Shown in pieces: positions 11,985 through 24,760 of a DNA stretch of 64,000 nt. A model generated the notes under the pieces. The model saw nothing but the letters and a program-made list of their open reading frames with translations. It searched no databases and had not been told where the DNA came from. This DNA is from Takakia lepidozioides (Eukaryota; Plantae; Bryophyta), in NCBI GenBank assembly GCA_030704615.1, contig CM060731.1:65658001-65722000 (forward strand), written 5' to 3'. The position numbers and the translations under genes are program-made. Positions within the stretch are counted from its first letter, which is position 1. Each line of letters begins with the position of its first letter.

Positions 11985-11996
11985 TGGTATCAGAGC
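11985..11996 (+). promoter_or_regulatory. Primer-binding site complementary to initiator tRNA-Met
   Basis: TGGTATCAGAGC, 2 nt after the LTR end. Confidence 0.93.
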
Positions 11997-12037
11997 TTAG
12001 AGTTCAGTACGCGATTGTCCTTGGGATTGGCCTCATC

Positions 12038-14384
12038 ATGGGGTCGGGCAAGCCAAAGCGAAAGCGGAACGGCCCAAAAGATGATGATCCTGGTGAGCCC
12101 GATGGGGGCGACGTGTCACGAGGCGGCCGTTTGAGGAGCGATGCACGTTTCCGAAAACGAGGCCGCTCAAGAGCGGGAGGAATCCGAGGAGTCGGAGCCC
12201 GAGGAATCTGAGAGCTCCGACGACCAACAGATGCCTCCCATGCCGGCAGCCTTTTGGGAAGGGTTGTTGGCGCAGTTTGGCGGGACGCTGAAAGACATGT
12301 TGAGGGCGGCTAATGCCACTTCCACTAAGGCGAAGTTTAAGGTGAAGCCTAAAGAACCAGGCACCTTCGAGGGCGTCCGAAATCGGAAGGCACTCAACAC
12401 CTGGCTCTTGGAGCTAGAGCAGTAGTACTTCCGGGCGGCCAAGTTGAGTGACGAGGATCGGGTGGAAGTGGCTCCCACCTATTTGAGGGGCTATGCTCAA
12501 CAATGGTGGCAGAAACGCCTTCATGACCGAGGTCCAAGCCCGGAAACCTTGAACTGGAGTGGGTTCAAGGAATTGATGAAGAGACAGTTTGTACCCCTCA
12601 ACGCGTCCTGGCTTGCCCGGGACAAGATGAGGAATTTGAAGCAAACAGACGACATTCGGGGATATGTCCAGGCTTTCAATGTGCTTTTGCTCGAAGTCGC
12701 GGACATGGCAGAACCGGAAATGGTCTTCAACTTTGTGGCGGGACTGGCCCCATGGGCCAGGCGGAAGTTGGAGGAGAAGCCACCTAAGACTTTGAACGAG
12801 GCAATTTAGAGGGCTGAATGTTTCTCAGATGTCCCTAGGGGTGAAAGACAAGGCCGTACGGAGCTGAACCACAAGAAGACCCGGCGGGAAGTGACTCTTT
12901 TCGACCGGAAAAGAAGTGGGATAGGCCACGCGGCGACAATGGCACGTGGAAATCGAAGGGAGGGCCTTCACACGTCAAGGCGGCACCCGGTGCTTCGAAA
13001 GGAAAAGTGGGTGGAGCGGCTTATGGCGGACAGAAGGCGACCTTTGATGGAGTGTGTTTCAATTGCGGAGAGCCCGGGCACATGGCCAAGAAGTGCACGA
13101 AACCCCGACAATTGAACATGACTCGGGCAACCACGGAGCTGTCGGAAGATACCATCAGTCGCTTGGTGGAAGCGGTGGTCGCCAGGACTTGCAAGGTAGG
13201 CAAAATATTCTTGTGAGTTGTATCAGGAAACTGGCGCATTGCGTAAAGGGAGTCACTTATTGTTCGTGGATGGGATAATATCTGGAACTAACGTGTCGTT
13301 GTTGGTGGACATAGGAGCGTCGCACTCCTTTGTGACACCGGCAACGGCACAAAAGTTGGGACTCCCGACAACTGACGTAGGGGCCTCTATTGAGGGCGTT
13401 CTGCAAAAGGAGAACCGCAATTGGCAACGAGGTTGGCGTTCGATGTTCCTCTTCAACTGGGGAGTTGGGAGGGACGTGAGAACTTCACCGTCTGCGAGAT
13501 CGATGAGTGGATCTCATTTTGGGGATGACCTTTTTGAGCAAATCCGGAGCGGTCATAGATGGCCGCAAGAGGGTAGTCACGCTGCCATGTTGGAATGGTG
13601 GCGAGGTCTTACGAGTTTCGGAAACGCCCAAACCTGTGGAGGGCGAATAAACCTTCTGTCAGCAAGGGAGTGGGCCGTGGAGGAGGCACACGAGCCCCAG
13701 TTTTTGCTCTACATTAGAGAAGTGAAGGGAGAAGGCGATGGAGAGCCGAGCCCAGATTGGATCAAGGGGATTTTGGAGAAATACCATGATGTGATGCCGG
13801 AGGATTGCCAAGCGGCTTGCCACCGCGAAGAGGAGTTGACCACAAGATTGAGGTGATACCGGGATCGGAACCGCCTGCCAAGGCGCCCTACCGGTTGAGC
13901 CACAGAGAGTTGGTCGAGCTGAAGACTCAGCTCAAGGATCTAATGTCAAAGGGGTACATCCGGCCGAGTAAGTCACCTTACGGAGCCCCGGTGCTATTTG
14001 CAGACAAGAAGGATGGGACGCTGCGGATGTGTGTCGATTACAGGGCTCTGAATAAGGTGACTATCAAAAACCGGTACCCTTTGCCAAGGATCGACGACCT
14101 TTTCGATCGGTTGGCAGGGAGCGAAGTATTTCAGCCGGATCGATCTGCGCTCCGGCAATCATCAAATTCGAGTGGCGGAAGGAGATGAGGAGAAGACCGC
14201 GTGCAGGACGAGGTATGGTTCGTATGAGTTCTTGGTGATGCCTTTTGGGCTCACCAACGCACCCGCGACCTTTTAGCACGCTGATGAACAGCCTTTTCCA
14301 AGAGTGGTTGGATGACTTTGTGATCGTGTACATCGACGACATCTTGGTGTATTCAAAAACAAAGGAGGAGCACCTGGAGCACCT
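12038..14384 (+). pseudogene. gag-protease-RT (N-terminal part) of element B
   Basis: Retrotrans_gag-like region, CCHC knuckle, [22 protein letters not shown] and [10 protein letters not shown]; stops and frameshifts present. Confidence 0.9.
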
Positions 14385-15599
14385 GACCGTGATGAGTCCC
14401 AAGACTCCCCACGACTCCCACCACGAGGTCTCCCCCCATGGTGAGTCCTATGCCACCCCCACTAAGTCCCACTAAGCTACCACCACCCTTGTGGAGCCAC
14501 CCCCACCGCAACCCGGTGTGCGGGGCTCCACCTAGTGAGCGCCTCCGCCTCCTTGAGTGCCTTGGGCACTCAAGGGTGCTTCAGCCCCCCATACCTATCG
14601 CTGCCGCTGCCCCCACCACAGGGGCAGCCCCTCATGTGTCCCGACCCCCCTGCTCTCAAGGCAAGGGGGCGCGACACACACCCCTACCAACAGGGAGTCG
14701 ATGTCCTCATCGACTTGTCCATTTGTAGAGAAACGAACATCCAAGTTGTGGCGTCCCACATCAAGGAGTTTGTTTCCGTACCATGGCGTCCCATGGCAAA
14801 GAACCAAACCCCACACTTGACTCTACTCTCCACTAGCTAGTTCGGCCGACTTCCTCCAAGTCCCGGCCAAGGGTGGAGCCTCTCCAGCTCCTCCCAGTGC
14901 ACTCTTCTTGGCCTACTTCAAGGCCAAGGAACGATCCTCCCCGAGGATCGAATCGCCTTACTGCAACAACATTGCTTGCGACCGCTCATGATGCCGCTTT
15001 TGGCATCACCTTGAGCAAGGGTTCACCTGGAACCCTCTTTGACTAGGAAGATAACCTTGAACCAACCGTGCGCCCCAATCATTACAATTGGGTCCGCCTT
15101 GGAATGCTGGCCTGAGGTACGGGAACACGCCGAAGCCGCACTACGACTTCGTCCCGAGGCTACACGATTATAGTACGTGAACGGAAGCACGTAGCTTCCG
15201 CGTTAGCCCGCACTACAAGGCAACCCCCTCGGTAGCGCAGTTATAGTACGTGCACGCGCCAGGTGCGCACTAGCACGTGAACTCCCAAAGAAGGCGCAAG
15301 TTTCCTTGCCCCTTGGATGGGGGTCACCCGATTTCGGCACTACGCAAACACACGATTAACCCAATTTACCTCCCCCACTTTTATAAGCTAGCATGCATTC
15401 TACACACTAGCCAACCATACCATGCATCACCATTCCAAAACAAAATAGGACGCACAACATTTGGAAGCCATTTCATTTATAGCACGTTTTGTACAATACA
15501 AGTTTTTGCAATCGGATTCCTAAGCTAGCTAAGCCGGGCTAAGCATGCATTTCCTCCCCCACGCTCCAAGGTTGATGTCCCCATCAACGCTTCTTCCGC

Positions 15600-17765
15600 T
15601 TTTAAGGTCGCCCTTCGAAAGCTGCAACCGCCTCGGATGCGTTTCCCATTTCTGAGGCACGCCCAAGATGCCTCCACTGATGATAGCCCTTCCATTTGAC
15701 GAGATACTCCGTTTCTCGGTTCTTGAACCTCCTCGACTTAAGTATTGCCTCCACCTCGTACTCAGGTTCATTTTCATGATCCAACAGCATAGGTGGCGGA
15801 CGCAACACTTGATGCCGATTCGGACGCGCTTCATCTTTGAAGTAAGGCTTCAAAAGGGAGACATGGAATACTGGGTGCACCTTGCTTTGCCGGCAGCTCC
15901 AATTCATACACATCCTCATTCATAACCTTCCGAATGCGAAAGGGTCCCGCATACGGAGGTACGAACTTCGGACTCACTTCCGGAGGTAGTCGGAAATCTT
16001 GATGTTCAACCAGACCTCTGTGCCTGCCTCAAACTTCACTTCCCTCCGCTTCCGATTCGCCTGCCTTTCATACCGTTTCTAGCTTTGGCAATGTTGTACT
16101 TTGCGAGCTTCAACAAACGCTCGCGTTCTTCCAGTACGCCTACTGCCGGTTCCTCAACGTCCTGGGCGGCCCAACTTGTCGGCACCAGAGGTGCTTTTCC
16201 ATAGACCAATACGAAAGGGGAAACTCCCGTTGCGGAGTGTTCTGTGTTATTATAACAGAACTCTGCCGCGTCTAAGTGTTCCACCCAGTCTGTTTGGTCT
16301 GCCGACACGTAATTCCGCAAGATCTGCTTCACTACGGAATTCACTCTTTCTGTTTGGCCGTTGGTCGTAGGTCGGAAGGCGGTGCTCATCTTCAGCCTCG
16401 TCCCCATCTTCTTCCAAAGTGCCCTCCAAAATTTACTCGTAAACTTTGGATCGCGGTCCGAGACAATATCCTTTGGGACTCCATGATGCTTTAAGACGTG
16501 GGCGAAGTAAAGTCGCCCTGTTCCTGTGCCGTTGTCGTCTCCTTGGTGGGGATGAAATGCCCATTTTACTGAACCTATCCACCACCACCATGATTGCATC
16601 GAATCCTTTTGACAGCGGCATAGCAGTCATAAAATCCATCGAGACGCTTTCCCAAGTCCCCTCTGGAATCGGCAAGGGTTGTAACAGCCCCGCTTGCTTT
16701 TTGTACTCGCTCCGGTTTTGTTGGCATGTGGTGCATGTCTTGACATACTCCTCTGCCTCTCCCTCAGTTTGGGCCAGAAATACTCTTTCTTCAAGAGTAC
16801 CGCAGTGCGCTTGGCTCCGCCGTGGCCCGCAAGCGGGCTATCATGGCATTCTCTCAAGAGGCTATCTCTGATCCCTCCCTTCGGCACGTAGAGACGTTTT
16901 TGCTTATACCGGAGCAGTCCATTTTGCAAGTGGAACTGCGATTTAACCCCCATCCTCAAGTCCTGCATCACGGACTTCGCCAGCTCATCCTTCGGGGAAG
17001 CCTTCCGGATCTTCCTTTGGAGCGCCGTCTCGCCCTTGTACACCAACAAGAGCTGCTGCTTTCTACTTAAAGCATCGGCCACCACGTTGTCTCGTCCCGG
17101 TTTGTACTGGATATCCACGTCGAACACCGCCAAAGTATCTTGCCACCTAAGTTGTTTTGGGGACAACTTGGCTGCGTGGCAAAATACTTCACCGTGACAT
17201 TGTCCGTGAACACCTTTACTGGTTGGAACCAACATAGTGGCGCCAAAGCTCAAGACAGTGCACCACCGCCTTCATCTCTTTCTCGTGCGTCGGCCACCGT
17301 CGCTCCACGTCATTCAGTTTCTTACTTTCGTAAGCCACTGGACGTCCATCTTGCATCAGTACACCCCCAATCCGAAGTCCAACGCATCTGTGTATCTCGA
17401 ACGGACGATCGAACTCCGGGATTTTCAAGACTGGAGCTTCCGCCATCCGCTGCTTCAATTCAGCAAAAGCTTGGCCACAAAATGTGTTCCATGCCCAGAC
17501 TTTAGATTTACACAGAAGGTCTGACAACGGCCCGCGATCTTGGCGAAATTTCTCACATACTTCCGATAATAGGAGGCGAGTCCAAGGAAGGATCACACTC
17601 CCGGGACCGAAGTCGGAGGCTCCCAGTCCAAGATCGCCCTCACCTTTCTATATTTTGATCCTATCCTGTGTAATCACATGCCCCAGGAACTCCACTTTTG
17701 TGACCCCGAATTCGCACTTTGAAGCTTTGGCATACAGCTTCCCTTCTCGCAATTTCTGGAACACC
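15600..17765 (-). pseudogene. Inverted RT C-terminus, RNase H, integrase and chromodomain of element B
   Basis: HDSPLAGH zinc finger, SMDF, VSDRDPKF, NGQTERVN, and chromodomain EYEVEAILKSRRFKNRETEYLVKWKGY. Confidence 0.92.
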
Positions 17766-19481
17766 GCCGTGGTGAGTGGGCCAAGACTCACCGCGACTCA
17801 TCACCGGGAGTCGAGGGTTTTCGTGGTGGTTCGCCATAAAATGGCATGGCTGGTTGTGAAACCCCCGCGGACAGCTACAGAAGTATATATAGGGAGTAGT
17901 AACCCGAACGGTGCAAGCCCGTTGGTGACCAAAACTAGTGAGTAAGCGAGCGAGCCGGAAAGCGACCAAAGAGTGGGAGCTGTTCCGGACTGCCATCTAC
18001 CAAAGGGAATTCCACAAGGCCCAAATAGGTGGAGGGTTTAGTGGGGGAGCGAAGGGGGACCGTTATGTCCCGGTGAGCAGCCGAAGCTCCAAGTTGGCCC
18101 GGCGGCCAGGTTGGGAGTCAGGCGCGCGCATCAAAGCGAGTAACTATGACTTGAAGGGGAGTTTACCGAAGTGAGGTGCGCGACAGTGGGAGTTCTTCGG
18201 TCGGTGGGGCGCCAATGGAAGAACCTGGAATCAGCGGTGGAGAAGACCGTTGTGAAGAGACGACTCTTCTTGAACTTGGTGTCTGGAGCTTGGACTCTGG
18301 TGCGCATCAGGAACATGTGAGCTAGGGTAGGGGTACGTTGGCGTTGGGGTCTTCCAAGAGGAGCAAGTTTCTAGCAGGAGCAGTTTGCGGCTGTGTTCAG
18401 CACCTCTCGTTGCTCTGGGGAGCGAATTGTCAGGGATGGTGGAGTAGGCGGTAAAGGGGTTGTGGTGAGGGCTGGAGCTGGCTGCCTGTACGGCGTCGGG
18501 GCTGAACAAGCTGGGGGACGAGCCGATCGAGGCCGCCTGACCGGCGTGGGGCCCACTGTTGCACAACGTCCGCTTGCTCGCTTAGCGCTGCTACCGCTGT
18601 CGCTACTGCCAACACCTCCACTAACTTGGTGGCGCTGCAGGCCTTGCCGAGGTCTGGCGGCGACGCCGCTCATCGTACTTTTCACTTCCTTCTTTGTCTC
18701 TCTCGCCCTCTAGATACGATCGCACACCCGAAAAGCCAAAGGACAGCCTTCACCGGCGTTGGCGCTCTCTTTCGCTCAGTGGAAAAGCACAGTGGAATTC
18801 ACTTTCTAAAGGTCTCGTTGCTTCCCTACTGCCACAAAATACGGACGGAGTGGAAATTCCATCCGGGACATAAACTGGCGACGCCATAAGAATCAAGAGT
18901 CAAAGGTCCAAACTCACTTGAAATTCGAACCGCTCTACAGGACCACCATAGATACATCAGACGAGAACTTAGGGAAACTTCACGTGAGGCAGTCATGGAA
19001 ACCAGCCAACTCTTACAGCAAAACTCCAGTTCTAACGAGAGAGAGAGAGGAGAGGTAGACTTTGTCTCTGACTGTTGCGATTTACCGACGTGAAGATTCC
19101 AGATCAAGAAGTGTGGCAAATTGTATCAGTGACCACTTGCTGAGACCAAGCAAGAAAGATTAGCATTGTACTTCACGATTACAACCTCTCATTTTTTAAC
19201 AAATGACTACTACCTAGCACACACAATAACCTCCTACCGCAATAAACAACCCATTTCATTCACTATTTTCTTGACTCTAAGACAGCCCTCCCCTTAAAGA
19301 AAAGCCTGGTAGCAGCACTCTGCATGGGGAATACCCTCCTAATTCAATAAACCAGCCCCCCCCTTAAAGGAAAGCCTACTAGCACTTTGCTACGAACTCA
19401 ATGAACACCTTAGTTGACTCTCAGGCAACACCCCTTCATTGAATATTGGAATGTTCACATCAAAAAAAGTATTAAATACCG

Positions 19482-19554
19482 TGCGGCGAGCGTGGATCGA
19501 ACACGCGATCTTCAGATCTTCAGTCTGACGCTTTCCCAACTGAGCTATCCCCGC
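19482..19554 (-). tRNA. tRNA-Phe(GAA), variant or possible pseudogene
   Basis: GCGGGGATAGCTCAGTTGGGAAAGCGTCAGACTGAAGATCTGAAGATCGCGTGTTCGATCCACGCTCGCCGCA (73 nt). Upstream TATA-like tract and downstream T7 terminator. Three differences from the usual plant cytosolic tRNA-Phe as I recall it. Confidence 0.9.
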
Positions 19555-20249
19555 TATACAGACCAATATACTAACCGCTCTCTATATATTTACTTTATCA
19601 GCTAAATCTATAGACAGGAAAACATAATGGAGAATCGACGCTTTCCCCCCCTGAATTAGCTTTGCTTCCGTCGGCTCGAGGAACATGAAGACGAGGAAAC
19701 AGTGGGAGAATTTGCGAGAGCCCAGCTGCTGCGAGATACCATCGTTCCTCGACAATTACTTTCTTCTCACTCGCTGTGGCCCGTACGCTATGCAACTACA
19801 CGGAAGCGGGATGGGTAGGCAATGTGAGAGCGGATGGATTGTAGGAAGGCGTGAGTTCAGAATTGGCAGAGCATGAAGCATCGTGGTTGCAAAGTTTTGC
19901 GGGCTTCTGTGCTGAATTGGCGGGGTGGCTTTTGAGACGCCGTCTCTTGGAATATGCTCAGCTTGGGCATGCATATGAGGTAAGGGTGAGTGTGTATGTG
20001 CGTGTGTGCTTTTTCTGTATATAGGTTGTTGAAATTATGCACGGAGAGGAAGCATGAGCTGAAGAGTTTCCGTGTTTATTTGGGCTCAGTAGTTCCACCT
20101 TAATTGGGGCACAGAGAAAATTGTTGTAGGGATCACCAGTTGGATACATCGTCAGGAAGGACATTTGTACTGTCTGCGTATCTGAAGTGGCACAGTGGTC
20201 ATCCGATTGGCACGACTTCGTTGTGTCCAGTTTACCCCAGTGCTTCAGA

Positions 20250-20252
<3 letters not shown>

Positions 20253-20293
<41 letters not shown>
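20253..20293. repeat. (AG)20 microsatellite upstream of the lipase; (AG)14 in the duplicate at 49938-49966
   Basis: Direct reading. Confidence 0.95.
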
Positions 20294-20296
<3 letters not shown>

Positions 20297-20444
20297 ATCC
20301 GGGATTCGAATTCTGGGATCAGTGATTGGGCCCCACTGTAAAAGGAGAGCTTGTGGGATCAGGTCTCAGTTATCCTTTGCCTCATCATATAATTTCTCTT
20401 GTGCCTGGTCGCCTTCTCATTCGTGAGCGAGAACAGATTGGAGA

Positions 20445-23400
20445 ATGGAGGTGGCTGTGAGGAGGGTAGTCATGGTTGGGGCAGCAATAAGCTTGCTTCT
20501 GCTCCTTGCTCCAGCCTCGTCAGCTGCTAACACAGATGCCGAGACAGGTTAATGACTCCTCTTCTCTGGGATTCCTGTCTCTTGCAAAAGCTGATGGGGA
20601 TGATGATATCCTTAGTTGAAAAATTATCACAAACAAACTCTGCAAAGTGTGGAGAGAGATACACCAGGTTGTGTCTGCTGGGCAGCTAGGAGCATTTCAT
20701 AATAACAGGGAGGCAGATTTCCATACTTGGGCCTGGTGACCTTGCAGTAAACCTAACAATCAGAGGCTGCCTTCACTGAAAACAGATGTCTTAAGTATGC
20801 TTTCCTCATAGGGCTTGGTTCTTCCACAGGGATCGGCTATGCTTCCAACATGATCTGTAGTAGGGGAACAAGAAAGTGAAATACATGTCCAATTTAGACA
20901 GTGGTATGGTTTGGAGGAAAACTGTCTGCAGCCCATAGTTATCACACATAGGTGATACAATGCACATTTGCCCAGCACTAATGTCCAGTAGGAAATGGTT
21001 TGACTCTGCAGAAGTGGAAGTGGTCACAAAGATGTCAAATGGCTGTCGGTATAATAGAACCATGGCTCTCATCCTTGTGGAGTATGCATCGGCGGTAAGG
21101 GCCCCATTCCTGTTTTTTGTGCTATTGTTCCTTTCGACTAATTATGGAATCTTTTGATATGGTTTGTGTCTCCTGACAAAGTGGCAAATTTTGGATAGGT
21201 CTACATAGAAGATGAGCTTGCACTGCTCTCTTGGAGCTGCTCACGATGTGAAGATTTGACCAAGGTGGGCCTGTCGTGTGCAATTTGTGGTTTTGTGGCC
21301 ATGGTATTTTGTGGTTTGAACATATTTATTGTCAAACTTCGCAAGGCTGGGTGAGAAGGCGTGGACCGGAAAATCTTGGGATGCTGTGCTATTACCCAGT
21401 CCAGTGAACTTCGCTTATGAGTTATGAGAAGGAGGGAAAGTTGGAAACTATGAAAGGGAGTATTGTGATTCTGTGTACACTGTGGGTGTATTTGTTTCTT
21501 CACTGGACCAAACGAATGAATTACAATTTGCAAAAAGGAAAATCAGATTGTCAATGGACATGATATCATGATGGTCATACTCCGCTGCTGATTGAACTGT
21601 GTTTAAGAGCTTGTAAATGGATGGGCCTACTTGCACACATCAGGAGGTCTACTTACTTTCCACGGAGGGTTCATTGATGAATCTGGAGTTGGATCTGTGT
21701 TAATACATTATGGCAGGGATTCAAGATTCATACTCTTGTTGTGGATGTTCAACATTGCCTCCAGGTGTGCAACAGCATGCTTGAACTGCTACTCTTTGCT
21801 AATCCTCTCTTGCAGCGAGTTTTGCCTTTGGCTCATGGAGGAGAGATCAACTCGTTGGGAGGGGAAATTTCGCATGAATTGTTCTTCGGGTAGGAAAGTA
21901 ACGCACTATAATTTTTATGCATAGGCTTGCTGGAACTTCATCTATGTGCATCGCAATTCAAATATTCCAACCAAGATAAATGTGAATAACGGAGCTGGAG
22001 TGCAAGCAGTACTGACAACGTGTCTTTCGGAGCATGGATGGGAAAGGAAGACAGACAGAAGCTTGGTGATTTAGATCAGGGGTCGGTCAATACCAAAAGA
22101 TAATTACTGGTTAAATGCAGGCCTTTGTTGGAGTGGCGGAGAATTTGAATGCAATTGTGATAGCATTTCGTGGCACCCAAGAAAGCAGTCCCTTGATGAT
22201 GGTGAATTTAGGAACAAAAGAGTTGCAAAACTACATTCAGTTGTTGTTAGTGGTTGATATGATCAGTTTTGTCTTCCCTCTGTCACAGGTTGATAGTTGT
22301 AGAGGAGGATTTCAAGGTGTGGCAGTTAGGTGTGTGTTCACAACTAAATATATGGCACTCGTTCTGTTCCTTCCCTCCTACTCCTTCCTCCCCTTTCCCC
22401 TCCTGAATCATGATTTTTTTCACATTTTATTGTTAAGAGATGTTGTTAAACAGATGCTTGTCCAGTGGTATCCAGAAAGATCTGCATGCTTAGAAGAGAG
22501 TTGGCTAACGCGCAGATTACTGGTGGGGATATCTGGTAGTGTGCAGAATTGGGCTGAGGACTTGTACTTTAGACAGCTTGATCTCAATTATCCGGGTGTC
22601 ACTGATGCTATGGAGGGCATTATTCACCTTCTCTCCTGCATGCCAGACAAGCTTTTAGGCATGATATCCAAACTACAGATTACTTTTTAATGTGTATGAC
22701 TTGACATCTAGGACTGTACAGATTGAAGGTTTTGATTAGTCACCAAACACTGAGTCTCTAAACCCGAAATCCTGTCTCTGCCCAGCCAGATTGGACTTTA
22801 GGTACTCCCTATGAACGGGAATCACCGAGCATATGGGTGGCATGGAGCTAGCAAACGTACGGCGTGGCCCCAACCGCAGTCTTGTTTTCCATGACGACTT
22901 GCAATTCATGATCTTGACTTGTGATCCAAGGCCAGGTACATCAAGGGTTCTATTCAGCATATCACAACACCACAGTTCGTGACAGCATACTCACTGCTGT
23001 TCAAGCTATACAACAGGAAAGGGATGGGCTCCACTTCTTGGTCACAGGCCACTCAATGGGAGGGGCTATGGCTTCCTTTTGTGCACTTGATCTCGCTGTA
23101 CGTTTGGTCATCTCCCTCTCATCCCAGGCTTGCAAGGGCTCAAAACTTTCTTGTCATCAGACAATCAGTCAAGCTTGCTGAATTGTGAACTAGCTCCAAA
23201 ATGAGAAGCAGGTCCCTTTGCTCAACAAAATACTTTTGCAGGCACAAAGGGTTTAAGCAAGTCCTGGCTCATAGAGATTTGACTGGGTCCTAACCTGTTG
23301 GTCTAAGCCAAATAACTGGTATCAGTAGTGATACTGGTCGAAGGAAGGGACAATACTCTCTGTCATCTTCTACTCCCTAAACAATAGTGCTTCCTTGCAG

Positions 23401-24760
23401 GCGAACTATGGTGTTCAAGACATTGAGATTATCACATTTGGGCAGCCACGAATTGGGAACTCTGTGTTTGCAGTATATTACAATGAGCTTGTCCCTCGGA
23501 CTATTCGAATGACACATGCCAACGATCTGGTGCCACATCTGCCTCCCTATTACACTCTGATAGGCCCACGTTCCTACCATCATTTTGCAACTGAGGTATG
23601 TGTGTGTGGCGGTCAATCATTTCTGTATGTTCAGAGCTTATGCTAAATTTGGCAGAAGTGTGGACCTTTTTTAAAGAATGTTTTTCTAGGAACATGAATG
23701 TGTCTATTCAGTTGGAGAGTCTCAATCTTGTCATATATTGAGATGCTACTGGCTATATGCAATTTTGTTGCTGATGTTCTTTGTTCACACTTGGTAGGTT
23801 GGTTTGGTTTTTGCTTCAGGGGCTTTGTTTGTCAATAGTGCAATCAGTCTGTCCTTGCATGAGTACAGTTATGTATTCATACATATATTGTGTGCTTCAT
23901 GTATCATGTATTCGACTGACATATTCTAAATTTTGCTTGCTTGATGCACAGGGTTGACATCCAGCTTAATATTATCTGGGTTAGACTGTTGAGTATACGT
24001 GAATAGAGATTGATGCATCAAAGTTGATGCAGGTGTGGCTCTTCAAGATTGCTGTGGGTCGTCTGCAGTATGAGTTTGAGCGGGTTTGTGACAGTTCTGG
24101 GGAGGACCCTACCTGTAGCAGGTCGGCTTTCTTTCATCTCTTCCACTTGGCATTCTATCTTCCTCTTTCTCTTTCCCTCTCAACACTCCCTTCTAGTCAG
24201 TCAAAAACCATGGGGTGTACCTCTACTGAAAGGTTGCTGAAAGAATGCAAACAATGTTCCATTTAGAGAACAGGAGCACTATCACTGACATTGAATTCAT
24301 TATGTGAACAATGGATTTTTGGAAGATTTCAGTCTGTTTCTACAGCTTCAAAAGACCATTTAATTCCTCTACTGGGGTTGGAGTGTTCCATCTGAGAAGG
24401 TTGCTTGGGCACACCTGTACAGACCATTGGGGTTTTCCAGATGAAATTACTATTTTGTTACTCTGCGGGACTACTATCTAGCTCAAGGGCTACCTGCAGA
24501 GTAACAGACGGGGTGGACGGCAGGGAATTAAGGGGGAGAAGAGCAGGCATAGTGTGCTTATTTGTGGTTCTCACATTCATTTCGAGTCTTATGAATCCTG
24601 ATATTTTATGTTGCCTGTTGGCTATGGGAACGGTGCAGGTCAGTCAAAGGCAACAGCATTTCGGATCATCTCAACTACCTTGGTGTCTACCTTAGGACTG
24701 AAGACAATATAATGGCCAGAGACACTGAATTTCTCAAAGGGAAATCTTTGCTTAATTCCA
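20445..24760 (+). CDS. Secreted class-3 triacylglycerol lipase, about 10 exons (copy 1; possibly disabled)
   Basis: Signal-peptide exon, then YNRTMALILVEYASA, VDVQHCLQ, IAFRGTQES, VHQGFYSAY, GHSMGG nucleophile elbow, TFGQPRIGN, NDLVPHLPP and SISDHLNY (Ser-Asp-His triad). Introns are mostly GT-AG. The 3' end is approximate. Confidence 0.9.

Larger units (their letters stand above)
11256..18185 (+). mobile_element. Chromovirus-type Ty3/gypsy element B (6930 bp), non-functional, with internal inversion
   Basis: Termini TGTCGCGC...GCGCGACA. TSD GTGGG at 11251-11255 and 18186-18190, with the empty site (one GTGGG) at 47873-47877. Gag knuckle CFNCGEPGHMAKKC, protease VDIGASHSF, RT YIDD, then RNase H, integrase and chromodomain on the opposite strand. 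In-frame stops are present. Confidence 0.95.
10989..18890 (-). mobile_element. 5' portion of CRE-like LINE (10989-11255 plus 18186-~18890), interrupted by chromovirus B
   Basis: Matches 47613-48600 once 11256-18190 is removed. The 5' boundary is approximate. Confidence 0.7.
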
